Source of the DNA: Armatimonadota bacterium
GTDB taxonomy: Bacteria > Armatimonadota > UBA5829 > DTJY01
DNA: 64,000 nt
Reading direction: 5' to 3'
NCBI GenBank assembly: GCA_035528905.1
Contig: DATKXU010000037.1
Location: 7,860-71,859 of the forward strand
This document shows positions 33,653-43,126 of this stretch, piece after piece (position 1 is the stretch's first letter; the number at the start of each line of letters is the position of its first letter). Made by a program: the position numbers and the translations under genes. A model generated the notes under the pieces. It saw nothing but the letters and a program-made list of their open reading frames with translations. It ran no database searches and was not told where the DNA came from.

Positions 33653-35698
33653 ATGAGACGGAAATCGCCGGACGAGCGGAAAGCCAGGTACGAAAAACTG
33701 ATCCTCGGGCCGCCGGGCATCACCGCCGTGAGCGACCACGCCCTGGCACACGAAGAGTATTACCTCGACACCTTCGATTTGACATACCGGCTGGGGCCGG
33801 TCCTCGACATCATCCGCCATCCGAAAACCCGCACGCCGATGTGCATCGCCGTTTACGGCGGCTGGGGCACCGGCAAGACCTCCGCCATGAAGTGGCTCCA
33901 CGGCCTGCTGGAAGACTCGAATAAGTCGGGCACCTCCGAAGCCAAAATGAGGGTGAAGCCGGTCTGGTTCTTTCCGTGGAAGTACCGCAGCAAGGAGGAT
34001 GTCTGGCGGGGCCTCATCTCCGAAGTCATAATCAACAGCATAGATGTGAGCAAGGCCAACCGCGTGACCATCGCCAACGCAGCTAAGCAGTTTGGGATGT
34101 TCCTGGGGAGGGGTTTCGTCCACGTGATGGCAGGCCTGACGCTCAAGGCCAAGGCTCCGACAGGGGCGGGCGAAGCAGAACTGGACCTGTCGCGGCTTGA
34201 GGACATAATTGCTGAATACCGCGAAATCTCTCACCCCGAGAAAGCTTACCTGAACGAATTCGAGTCGTCCCTCCAAAACTGGGTGTCGAGCACTCTCCTT
34301 CGCAACGAGCGCATGGTTATCTTCATTGACGATCTCGACCGGTGCATGCCGGATGTGGCGTTGGAGGTGCTGGAGGCGCTGAAGCTCTACCTCAACATCG
34401 AGAAGCTCGTGTTCGTGGTCGGCGTTGACCAAAAAGTCATTGATCCGCTGGTGAGCGAATACTACAAGCGACTCGGGCTGCCGGGCGACAAGAGCAAGGA
34501 CTACCTGGCGAAGATGTTCCAGATAGAGGTCGAGCTCGCGCCTCACGAAAGGCAGATCAGCGGTTTCCTGGACCAGCAACTGGAAACCATCGAGTACTGG
34601 CGGAAGCACCTGGAGGACTACGAGCGCGATATCTTCCGGAAGGCGATACTGCAGCTTGCCGAGCAGAATCCGCGCGAGGTCAAGCGCCTCATCAACAGCG
34701 CGCTGATGGCGGGCGCCGGGTGGCTGATGCTGACCGAACCCGGCAGCGAGGAGAATGAGATAGGCTTCAACCAGGCGCTCCAGTACTTCTTTATCCGCAA
34801 GGTTCTGGACGTGGGGTACACCAGGGCATCGCTTCTCACGACCGACCTGGGCGATCGGTTCTTCAGGGAGTGGTCGGAGATCGTGTCGAGCCGCAGAGAC
34901 AACGAGCACTTCCCGCGCACCCTGGATGTCCCGAAATCATTCATCGAGCAGCAGCGCGCCAGCGCCGGCAAGCGCCCCGGCACAGCAACGGACGAGGAAA
35001 AGCCCTCGGCCGAAACCAAACCCTCCGACTTCGATCCCACGCAGGTTGCAGGCGGTGTCTACTACAGCATCCTGACGAACAGCCTGTATACGGACTTGCT
35101 TCCGCTCCTGGCGGATGAACTACTCGGAGAGCTGATGCAAATTCCGTACCCGGCGGAGACGAAGGCGATCAGCGCTGCCATCGGCACGGCAAAGGACGCC
35201 GAGATCATTCGCGAGGCCGTTGCCCGTGAGCTAGGAAAGAAGCCGGACCAATTGAGGGCTGAGGATTACGCCAATCTGGAGGCGCTTAATCTCAGAGACA
35301 CCCAGGTGAGTGACGTCGAGCCGCTCAGGGGGCTCACCAATCTGGAGGCGCTTAATCTCAGAGACACCCAGGTGAGTGACGCCGAGCCGCTGAGTCGCCT
35401 CACCAATCTGCAGGAACTCAGTCTCTCGAGCACACGGGTGAGCGACATCGAGCCGCTGAGTCGCCTCACCAATCTGCAGGATCTTGGTCTCACTGACACC
35501 CAGGTGAGCGACATCGAGCCGCTCAGGGGGCTCACCAACCTGCAGGAGCTCCGTCTCTCGGGCACCCAGGTGAGCGACATCGAGCCGCTCAGGGGGCTCA
35601 CCAACCTGCAGGAGCTCTATCTCTCCGGCACCCAGGTGAGCAAGGAACAGGTGAAGTCCCTTAAGGAAGCGCTGCCCGGTCTAAAAATCACGGTGTGA
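33653..35698 (+). CDS. KAP-family P-loop NTPase fused to C-terminal leucine-rich repeats
   Basis: The Walker A motif is CIAVYGGWGTGKTS and the KAP-type Walker B is VIFIDDLDRC. The C-terminus carries six 22-aa LRR units of the form LTNLQELxLSxTQVSDIEPLxG. Confidence 0.8.
   Translation: MRRKSPDERKARYEKLILGPPGITAVSDHALAHEEYYLDTFDLTYRLGPVLDIIRHPKTRTPMCIAVYGGWGTGKTSAMKWLHGLLEDSNKSGTSEAKMRVKPVWFFPWKYRSKEDVWRGLISEVIINSIDVSKANRVTIANAAKQFGMFLGRGFVHVMAGLTLKAKAPTGAGEAELDLSRLEDIIAEYREISHPEKAYLNEFESSLQNWVSSTLLRNERMVIFIDDLDRCMPDVALEVLEALKLYLNIEKLVFVVGVDQKVIDPLVSEYYKRLGLPGDKSKDYLAKMFQIEVELAPHERQISGFLDQQLETIEYWRKHLEDYERDIFRKAILQLAEQNPREVKRLINSALMAGAGWLMLTEPGSEENEIGFNQALQYFFIRKVLDVGYTRASLLTTDLGDRFFREWSEIVSSRRDNEHFPRTLDVPKSFIEQQRASAGKRPGTATDEEKPSAETKPSDFDPTQVAGGVYYSILTNSLYTDLLPLLADELLGELMQIPYPAETKAISAAIGTAKDAEIIREAVARELGKKPDQLRAEDYANLEALNLRDTQVSDVEPLRGLTNLEALNLRDTQVSDAEPLSRLTNLQELSLSSTRVSDIEPLSRLTNLQDLGLTDTQVSDIEPLRGLTNLQELRLSGTQVSDIEPLRGLTNLQELYLSGTQVSKEQVKSLKEALPGLKITV
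35279..35650 (+). repeat. Six tandem 66-bp near-identical repeats encoding the LRR units
   Basis: The repeats start at 35279, 35345, 35411, 35477, 35543 and 35609. Neighbouring copies differ at only a few positions. Confidence 0.75.
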
Positions 35699-35935
35699 CA
35701 GCGGCGGGCGGGGAGAGCAAGAAGCCAGTCACAGTTCCTTTTCCCTTGGGCGGAGTTGGCCTAACCCCCAGCCCCCTCGACCCTTCGGCAAGCTCAGGAC
35801 AGGCAAACTCAGGGCAGGCCTTCCCGAAACGGGAAGGGGGAATACGCCGTTGGGAGTAGGATCGGGATAACATAAGTCATCGCGAGCGGACAACGCCGAG
35901 GCCGGAACGAATGAATGGGTAAGCTTTGCGGCGCC

Positions 35936-36169
35936 TCACAGCTTTTCGAGTTCCCGCGCGAATTCCGCCGGGGTCAACTCGATCTCTCGGAGTATTTCTC
36001 GAACCAAGGGGCGGGCCAGGTCGCGGTTGGCATGATGCGGAACGGTTGTCGCTCTGCCATCAGCATGACGGTAGAATACATGGCTTCCCTTGCGACGCGC
36101 GGGTTTGAACCCAACGCGAAGGAGCAGCTTATCCATAGTCTTGCTGTTGACAACCGGGAGGCGGGTCAC
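35936..36169 (-). CDS. hicA: HicA-family mRNA interferase toxin (type II TA)
   Basis: KLLLRVGFKPARRKGSHVFYRH matches the HicA/YcfA fold. The GTG start overlaps the hicB stop (GTGA). An alternative ATG start lies at 36136. Confidence 0.75.
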   Translation of the reverse strand: MTRLPVVNSKTMDKLLLRVGFKPARRKGSHVFYRHADGRATTVPHHANRDLARPLVREILREIELTPAEFARELEKL

Positions 36170-36384
36170 GCTGCGACCTCTATCTGCTGCAACCCCACAA
36201 ACCTGGGCAGGTTCTCAAGCGGCCCCTCATACTCCTCAAGGCACAGCTCGAGAACCTCTTTCAGATTGGCGCGGAGTTCGTCCAGAGTAGCTGCCTGGGT
36301 ATGCGCGCCTGGAATCCCAGGGATCATCCCCACATACAAACTCGACTCCGGATCCCACTCGACATAGGCCGTAAAAGTCCTCAT
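36166..36384 (-). CDS. hicB: HicB-family antitoxin (UPF0150)
   Basis: The 72-aa product MRTFTAYVEWDPESSLYVGMIPGIPGAHTQAATLDELRANLKEVLELCLEE is HicB-like. Start is the ATG at 36382-36384; the longer ORF-track version is an upstream extension lacking a ribosome-binding site. Confidence 0.7.
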   Translation of the reverse strand: MRTFTAYVEWDPESSLYVGMIPGIPGAHTQAATLDELRANLKEVLELCLEEYEGPLENLPRFVGLQQIEVAA

Positions 36385-36463
36385 TGCGAACCTCTTCCCA
36401 CGTCTGAATATGCCATTAAACCAATTCGACGATTCCAGATGGCTTTCCTGCCCGAAACACTGG

Positions 36464-38245
36464 TCACAGCTCGAGGCGGGCGGGGTCGCAGCCGACGATG
36501 ACCTGCCTCTCGACCCAGGTGCCGATGTAGATGGCTTTTCCGCTGCCGTAATAGTTCCGCGTAATCGCCGGCGAACCGTCCCCAAAGCCGGTGACATATT
36601 CCGCGATGGCCTCAGCAGTCGTCGGACGCAAGACGTCCAGCCACACGCGCGCACGCGTTGGCTCAGACGGCAGTTGTGGGACCAGCCCGCGAACCCAGTT
36701 CGGCTCATCCGGCAGCGGGCTGTGGTATTCGGCGACTTCCACCCCGCAGACCTCACGAAGCAAGCCCGGCAGGGGCTCGTTGACTACCCGATTGAACTCA
36801 TCCTTCACCCCGGTGCGGAAGGTCGTGATGAGCACGCCGCCCCTGTACACGAAGTCGGCGAGCTTGCCGGCCACCTGAGGCGTCAGGACGAAGAGTGTCG
36901 GCGCGATCACCAGTTCATAGCCAGTGAGGTCAGCGCCTGCGGGAATCACATCAATAGGGCACGCCGGGTCGTAGAGCGCCCGGTAGTAGGCCAGGACGTG
37001 CTCGAAATAGGAGAATTGAGGGTTTCCCGGCTGAGCCTGGAGCGCAAACCGGCTGTCGCAATCAACCAGTATGGCTACTCCGGCCCTGTCGGGAGGTGAA
37101 TCAGGTATATCACCGCGCTTGATCTCGTCCCCCACCCTCTTGATCTCTTCGTAGCGGCGGTTGACGCTGCCGTCGTGATTCAGGATACCGTGCCAATACT
37201 GCTCGGTCCCAAAGCGGGCCGGGCGCCATCGGAAGTAGACGATTCCCTCGGCGCCATGGGCAATGGCCTGCCGAGTCCACTCGCGAATCTGCCCAGGCCT
37301 CGGCGTCGGGCACATTATTCCCCATCCGGCAGGCCCACTTTGCTCCTCCATTACCCAGAAGCGCCGGCGCTTCATGCCGCGCGTGTAGTCGTGGCTTAGG
37401 GCGACAGCCACCGGATCCACGGGCGCCCCGCCCTGCGGATAGTTGTCCCAGCTCACGAAATCAAGGTCCTCGGCGAGCTTGTAGTAGTCGAGCACGTCCT
37501 TTGGAAAACCCATGAAGTTGTGGGTAATGAAGCGCCCGGGCGAATGCTTCCGCAGGATTTCGATCTGCTGCCTCTGGAACGCGACGTAGCTGTCGGCCAT
37601 GAACCGCCGATAATCGAGATAGAGTCCCGGATTCGCCCCGCCGGATGTGGCCCATGGGAGCGGAATCTGCGTCCAGTCCGAGTAAGTCTGGCTCCAGAAT
37701 ATCGTGCCCCAGGCATCGTTCAGCGCATCGAGCGAGCCGTATTTCTCCCTGAGCCACCGCTGAAACTCCGCCTGGCAGATATCGCAGTAGCACAGCGAGC
37801 CGAATTCGTTGTCTATCTGCCATCCGATGATCGCATCGTGCGCACCCAGCTCGGTGGCCATCGCGCTGACTATCCGGCGGGAAGCCTCCCTGAACGCAGG
37901 CGCATTCACGCACATGAACTGGCGTGCGCCAAATGTGGCTCGCTGACGCTGCTCGTTGACGCGGTAGATTTCCGGATGTGCCTGCATGAGCCAGGCCGGC
38001 GCAGCCGCAGTGGGAGTGCCGAGAACGCAACTGATCCCTTCGCCGTGCAGGATGCCCACTGCTCTGCGAAGCCAGTCGAAATCGAACCGTCCCTCGGCCG
38101 GTTCCATCTTGACCCAGGCGAATTCGGCCATACGGACGACGTTCAATCCGGCCTCACGCATGAGCCGGGCATCCTCCGGCCACCGCTCCTCCGGCCAATG
38201 CTCAGGGTAGTAATCGGCTCCGAAATACCTGACGTTGGGATTCAT
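36464..38245 (-). CDS. GH42-family beta-galactosidase
   Basis: YFGADYYPEHWPE...GWQIDNEFG is the GH42 N-terminal catalytic motif. The 593-aa product also carries the trimerisation domain. Confidence 0.85.
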   Translation of the reverse strand: MNPNVRYFGADYYPEHWPEERWPEDARLMREAGLNVVRMAEFAWVKMEPAEGRFDFDWLRRAVGILHGEGISCVLGTPTAAAPAWLMQAHPEIYRVNEQRQRATFGARQFMCVNAPAFREASRRIVSAMATELGAHDAIIGWQIDNEFGSLCYCDICQAEFQRWLREKYGSLDALNDAWGTIFWSQTYSDWTQIPLPWATSGGANPGLYLDYRRFMADSYVAFQRQQIEILRKHSPGRFITHNFMGFPKDVLDYYKLAEDLDFVSWDNYPQGGAPVDPVAVALSHDYTRGMKRRRFWVMEEQSGPAGWGIMCPTPRPGQIREWTRQAIAHGAEGIVYFRWRPARFGTEQYWHGILNHDGSVNRRYEEIKRVGDEIKRGDIPDSPPDRAGVAILVDCDSRFALQAQPGNPQFSYFEHVLAYYRALYDPACPIDVIPAGADLTGYELVIAPTLFVLTPQVAGKLADFVYRGGVLITTFRTGVKDEFNRVVNEPLPGLLREVCGVEVAEYHSPLPDEPNWVRGLVPQLPSEPTRARVWLDVLRPTTAEAIAEYVTGFGDGSPAITRNYYGSGKAIYIGTWVERQVIVGCDPARLEL

Positions 38246-38312
38246 TATTGCCTCACGGTGTTGATGCTCAACGCAGATTCGACCTTGTGTGGGCTATGTC
38301 CTTCGCATCCGG

Positions 38313-39155
38313 CTACCAGCTTCGGGCAACCAGCGGTATCCCAGATCGCTCCCGGAGCGAGATCGCGCCGCTGCTGCATCCGGCTCGGCACACTCCGCAT
38401 CCGTAACATTTCAGCGTGTCAATGTACGCCTTCCGGTCGGCCCAGCTAAAGCCCATTGCGCCGAACTGGCAGAGCCGCATGCAAGCGCGGCATCCAGTAC
38501 AAGAATCACGGTCAAGCACCGCGACATACTCGCCCTTGAACATCATCTTCACGCCGTGTCCCACCGTGGCCCTCATGGCGGCGCAGTCGGAGCGGTCGCA
38601 GTTGCAGATACCGCCGATAAAAGGCGTTCCGAACGTCCAGACGGAATGCATCAAACCGTCCTTCTCCAGCTCTCGCATGAAGCTCAGGGCCTCAGCGGGC
38701 GTCAGCTTGTCCATACCGTCAGTATCCGGGCCGCGCCAGTAGCTCGGGTCTACTACCTCACCGATCATGCCAGCGTCTGGGGACGCGCTTACACCCAGGC
38801 AGCAGTGAACCTCTCTTCCCACAGTGAGCCTCCGGCAGACGCACGGCACGCGGACGATGGAATTCACTATCTGGAATATGCTTTCGATATCCTCGATCGG
38901 CACCACCTGGCCGAAATGCCCTTTCTTGTGCCTGAGAGTCAAAAATGAGGCGACCAGATGCCTGACAGGACGCGGCAGCTTGGGAAGTACCTTCTCCATG
39001 CGCTCCAAGTCCCTGCCCAGCCCGTCCTCAAAGTAATTGAACCACCACTGGGTTTCCTTCCGGCGATGGACGTCAGCCGCCAAATCGTCGGAGTAGTTCT
39101 TCGCCTGCAGGTACCATTTCTTGCCGTCACCATGCTTTGCGCAGAATTCACACAT
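38313..39155 (-). CDS. Cys-rich 4Fe-4S dicluster-domain protein of unknown function
   Basis: The C-terminal region has CTGCRACMRLC and CYGCGVCRAGC (two CxxCxxCxxxC-like motifs). There are additional N-terminal Cys pairs (MCEFCAKHGDG, PCVCRR, HCC). Confidence 0.5.
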   Translation of the reverse strand: MCEFCAKHGDGKKWYLQAKNYSDDLAADVHRRKETQWWFNYFEDGLGRDLERMEKVLPKLPRPVRHLVASFLTLRHKKGHFGQVVPIEDIESIFQIVNSIVRVPCVCRRLTVGREVHCCLGVSASPDAGMIGEVVDPSYWRGPDTDGMDKLTPAEALSFMRELEKDGLMHSVWTFGTPFIGGICNCDRSDCAAMRATVGHGVKMMFKGEYVAVLDRDSCTGCRACMRLCQFGAMGFSWADRKAYIDTLKCYGCGVCRAGCSSGAISLRERSGIPLVARSW

Positions 39156-39208
39156 AGCAGGTCAATAACCTCCACCCACGCTGGATGCCAGCTCTCCAGG
39201 ATTCCTCT

Positions 39209-42040
39209 CTAGCCGTGTGTCTCGGCATGTTCATCCGACCGCCGGATGACATACTCGTCGCCGCACCTAACTCCGATCAGATTAACCGGACGCTGCGCGG
39301 AGATGCAGACTCCGGGCATCTCCAAATGCCGACAGCGGTAGGCCAGGAACTTCTCCGGCGCTTCGCTGGATACCCCATAGATCGCGGCGAGCATTTCTCC
39401 CTCGAAGGTGCACTTGGGATCAGCGTACTTTCCCATGCAGACGAAGCATTTCTTGTCCGCGGAAGCGATCTCCGCTGCGGTTTTACCCAATCGGCGAGAG
39501 TCAGAGAAGCTTCCGTCGGCAAACACGCCCAGGAAATCCGCCTTCCTGCGCCCGGCAATACTGAATGAGAGATACGGTTGTTCCTCTTTCCCAATGTATC
39601 CTGGTAGAGTCTCGAGTTCAGGCTTGGAACCGCTGAGGAGCCAGAGATTCAGCCCGGAGTCGCCGTCCCCGATGGACACCTTGCCATCCTCCACCCGGAA
39701 TTCGCCCCTCGGGTGAACCAGCCACGCATAAGTATGCGGATCCTCGGCTCGCAAGCGATCCCAGACAACGTAGATTCCGTCATCAAGGAACGCCACGCCG
39801 CGATGCCAACGGCTGATGATGTCCTGATACGCATCCGTCAGGTCGGCAGCGGCGAGTCCCGCTCCATCAGCAGACAGGAAATCGGTAATCTTGCCGTCGA
39901 GGCGCCACTGCCGCTGTCCATCTATCATCACGACGTTGTGCGCCTTGGTGTGTTTTAGAAATGTCTGGTATATCGGATCGGCATAGGCAATCACACCCGG
40001 GTCTATTACGCGCTGCCGACCCCGATGGTAAATAACGAACTGCCCAAGGTCCTCGTGGCCGCGGCCCTGGTGAAACTTGGCTGCGAAGAGCGAATCCGTT
40101 TTCCCCCAGCCGGTGCGGAATATCACCCAGCCGATATCCCGGAAATGCCTGATCTTCGGAAGGTCCTCCGGGCTTTCTGCAGGAACCGAAGGATCATATG
40201 CCAAAAGGGAGTGTATGCTGTCGAACCCGGCGTGCGTCTCGTCAAGCGCCCACTTGACCTTCGGATTTCGCGTATACCGCGCGACAAGAGAATACAAATC
40301 AGCGGAAAGGTTGCTGCCATCTCCGCTATCGTTGAAATTCACCATCACATAGCCGCGTTCAGCGTCGTGGGAAAGGCCATAGAGCGGCTCGTCGAGGATG
40401 TCCTTTCGGATGTCTGGAGAGAGATCGGCGCCTGTCACCCGCTTCAGCGCGTCAACGAAGTACATGGCGTTGACCAGGCCGTAGTGGATGTAGCCTATGC
40501 TCTCCACATAGCCAGCATCTTCTCCCCAGTTCGGCTCAGTGTATGCTAGATACTCGAAGCCATCCGCAGCGAGGCAGTGTATGTTCCACACATCACGTCC
40601 GCGGTAGACGAAATACCAGCGAATCGCGTCCTCTAACAGCCGCACCCAGCGATGAGCCTCGGGCTCCTCACCCAAAACGGCCAGCGCCGCAATGCCCGCC
40701 CCGCCGTTGCAGACAGCATGCCAGTTCCCAGCCGCGAGCTGATGCCGCTCGACCTGCGAGTAAGTATCCGGGTTGGCCCAATCGTGGATCAGAGGACGGA
40801 TTCCGAGCCGCACCAAACCCTCTCGAATCACGTTCCGATCCTCGTCCGAAAGCCAGTTGTAGAGCCAGTCGTATGCCGTACCGATGCCCTTGCACATGCC
40901 GCCGGTTTCGAGTGTGGCCCTCCACTGCGGGTTGAAGCATTTCGGGTCGCCGAATTGAAGTCCGAGCCACCTGCTGTATGAGACAAGTTTGAGCATAATC
41001 CGCCTGGCTGCAATCGCATATCGCTCATCATCAGTGATCACGTAGGTCAAAGCAAGCGGCTCGAGCTGACCCCTTGTGACTTCTGCGTTGAGCTTGTGAA
41101 AGCCCCCATGCTGACCAGGCTGCCCGAGCACTTCCTCCTCGGAAGGCGCCTCGGCGTCGAGCGCCTCATCGGCTTTAGCCTTTATCTCGGCAAATACCGC
41201 TTGCGCCCGTGGATCGCTCCTTATCTTCTCACGCAGTGCTTCCAGCTCAGTGCGGTTAAAGAATAGGCAAGGATGTTGTGCATAGCTCAACTCGTCCGTC
41301 AGCTTCCGATCAGAGATAAGAACGCACCTGGGCGCAGAGTAGCGGCTCAGCTTACCTGTGCAGTCCGCCGCCCTGACGCGCCACCAGATAGTCCCCGCCT
41401 GCGTGAGAACACCCTTCGGTGGTGTGAACTCCGCACCATAGATCGGCGCGAAACGACGAATCCCCTTGTCAAACTCGGATGTGGAAGCTACTTGAAGCTG
41501 ATAGTGATCCGCCCCCCTAACGGGAAGCCACCGAAGCATGATCTCATCAGGGTGCGCCTCGGCCAGGTCAGCCGGCCAGAAGCCCGAGGGTTGAGGGAGA
41601 CGGCAACTGATTCTGACAGCGGTTACTATGGGCAACGGCCCGTCCTCGCCGGACAGCTCGATCCTGTATTGAATGAGCTGTGCGGCCGCTGCCACCAGCA
41701 TCATCGGCTCGCTGCCCTGAATCCTAATCCGGGCCCCGCTTTTCCGATATGACGCAGACCAACGCGCAGACTCTAACTCCTCGGCTGACGACGCAAAGCG
41801 AGTCCTGATTCTTATCCTGCCACGCCGGCCATGTTCTGCATCCCAGAAGATGCGCTCCCAGGCCACGGCCTGCCCTGCATCAATTGGCGCCGAGATCAGG
41901 CTGCCTTTCCCGTGCCCAGCCAGGGTCAATCTGCCGCCAGCGACGACAGCCTGCCCTTCGAGCGTGCCTGATTCAAACGCATGCGCGTCGTGAATCCATT
42001 CGTTTTTCGTGAGAGTGCCATGCATGCCTTGCTCCATCAA
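39209..42040 (-). CDS. Heparinase II/III-like polysaccharide lyase family protein (with DUF4962-like N-terminal region)
   Basis: The 943-aa product has the alpha/alpha toroid plus beta-sandwich organisation. WLVHPRGEFRVEDGKVSIGDG is typical of the heparinase II/III C-terminal domain. Confidence 0.6.
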   Translation of the reverse strand: MMEQGMHGTLTKNEWIHDAHAFESGTLEGQAVVAGGRLTLAGHGKGSLISAPIDAGQAVAWERIFWDAEHGRRGRIRIRTRFASSAEELESARWSASYRKSGARIRIQGSEPMMLVAAAAQLIQYRIELSGEDGPLPIVTAVRISCRLPQPSGFWPADLAEAHPDEIMLRWLPVRGADHYQLQVASTSEFDKGIRRFAPIYGAEFTPPKGVLTQAGTIWWRVRAADCTGKLSRYSAPRCVLISDRKLTDELSYAQHPCLFFNRTELEALREKIRSDPRAQAVFAEIKAKADEALDAEAPSEEEVLGQPGQHGGFHKLNAEVTRGQLEPLALTYVITDDERYAIAARRIMLKLVSYSRWLGLQFGDPKCFNPQWRATLETGGMCKGIGTAYDWLYNWLSDEDRNVIREGLVRLGIRPLIHDWANPDTYSQVERHQLAAGNWHAVCNGGAGIAALAVLGEEPEAHRWVRLLEDAIRWYFVYRGRDVWNIHCLAADGFEYLAYTEPNWGEDAGYVESIGYIHYGLVNAMYFVDALKRVTGADLSPDIRKDILDEPLYGLSHDAERGYVMVNFNDSGDGSNLSADLYSLVARYTRNPKVKWALDETHAGFDSIHSLLAYDPSVPAESPEDLPKIRHFRDIGWVIFRTGWGKTDSLFAAKFHQGRGHEDLGQFVIYHRGRQRVIDPGVIAYADPIYQTFLKHTKAHNVVMIDGQRQWRLDGKITDFLSADGAGLAAADLTDAYQDIISRWHRGVAFLDDGIYVVWDRLRAEDPHTYAWLVHPRGEFRVEDGKVSIGDGDSGLNLWLLSGSKPELETLPGYIGKEEQPYLSFSIAGRRKADFLGVFADGSFSDSRRLGKTAAEIASADKKCFVCMGKYADPKCTFEGEMLAAIYGVSSEAPEKFLAYRCRHLEMPGVCISAQRPVNLIGVRCGDEYVIRRSDEHAETHG

Positions 42041-42175
42041 GCCTTTATTATCGAGATGCCGGATGGCCCTCTATTCGGCCTATGGTAACAAACCAGTCGC
42101 ATGTCGTCAAACATAAGCCGCCGGACACGGAGCGTCTGCCATCCGGGAACAATGGGTGGGCATAGGTCATGCCCC

Positions 42176-42892
42176 TCAGGGTTCCTGCATCATCCGGCGG
42201 AACTCAGGCGGGATTTCGAGCTTCGCAGTCCCGGCAGTGCATACATCAATCGCCTCCGCTATTCCATGCAGGCGATGGTATGGAACCGTTACGATGAGCT
42301 CGTCCGGCTTGTAAGGCTTGGATCGCCTGGCTGTCCAGTCAAGGAAGGTGACGTTGATCTCCCCGGATACCAGCGGGTACGCCACGGCCATGTGGCACGC
42401 GGAACCGATCATCTCCATCTTCGGCGAGATGCCATCCCAGTAGGCTGCAAGCTGGATCAGGCGGCAAGCCTGCTCAGCGTTCACGATGAACAGACCCAGG
42501 TCGGGCATCTGCTCGGCTTTCTCCATCGGCGCGAGGATCACATTCTCGGCCAGTCCAAGCGGCGGCTGAGAAGCAAGCATCATCGCCCGGTTGAAGACAG
42601 CAATCGAGCAGAAGAGCTTCTCCCCATGAACGAGGAACTTCTTGAGCGCCTTGTCTGCCTCTCCCGCGGCTCTGGGCGCCAGCCCGAGATGCCATGCTCC
42701 CCCGGCGCAGGCCGCGTTCTCCTTCGTCAGGTTGATAGTCTTGCCATCGCGAGCATCGAGGAAAGCCTTGCACGCCCAATGTTTTCCCGGCTCAGCGTCC
42801 CTCGCGGGTTCCATGGAATACGTGATCGCGACAGGGCTGCCCTTCAGATTCAGAACGCCCTTCAGCCTTTGGGAGTACTCCTGCCACTTCAT
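42176..42892 (-). CDS. DUF169-domain protein
   Basis: The product MKWQEYSQRLKGVLNLKGSPVAITY... matches the DUF169 (COG2043) N-terminus. Start is the ATG at 42890-42892, with GGAGG 7 nt upstream; the longer ORF-track version is a 5' extension. Confidence 0.55.
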   Translation of the reverse strand: MKWQEYSQRLKGVLNLKGSPVAITYSMEPARDAEPGKHWACKAFLDARDGKTINLTKENAACAGGAWHLGLAPRAAGEADKALKKFLVHGEKLFCSIAVFNRAMMLASQPPLGLAENVILAPMEKAEQMPDLGLFIVNAEQACRLIQLAAYWDGISPKMEMIGSACHMAVAYPLVSGEINVTFLDWTARRSKPYKPDELIVTVPYHRLHGIAEAIDVCTAGTAKLEIPPEFRRMMQEP

Positions 42893-43126
42893 ATCTTCGC
42901 CTCCGAGTTCCATAGTGTGCACAGCTTCCATAACGTTCGCACAGTGGTCTGTTTCGACATACGATCTCTCACAAGCCCGACACCGCTCGGAGTATAGCAC
43001 AGTTGCGCTGCGCCGGTAAACGGCGATGTGGTTTTAGGGACCGCATGCACGCGGTAAACTAGCCACGTGGGCTACTATATGGTGCCCGGCAATAGGTGGC
43101 ACTCACCAGCAAATGGAGGCAGCAGA

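Noticed and set aside
33614-34909. 431-aa minus-strand ORF opposite the KAP NTPase gene
   Set aside because: It is antisense to conserved Walker A/B-encoding sequence and has no motifs of its own.
35279-35650. Possible CRISPR array suggested by regular 66-bp repeats
   Set aside because: The repeats are contiguous with no spacers. They are in-frame and encode LRR units of the KAP NTPase protein.
36166-36756. 196-aa ORF-track version of the hicB gene
   Set aside because: Only the last 72 aa resemble HicB. The upstream 124 aa are Arg/Ser-rich, overlap the GH42 3' end region and have no ribosome-binding site.
36410-38449. Plus-strand ORFs (229 and 309 aa) opposite the GH42 gene
   Set aside because: They are antisense to the conserved GH42 catalytic domain.
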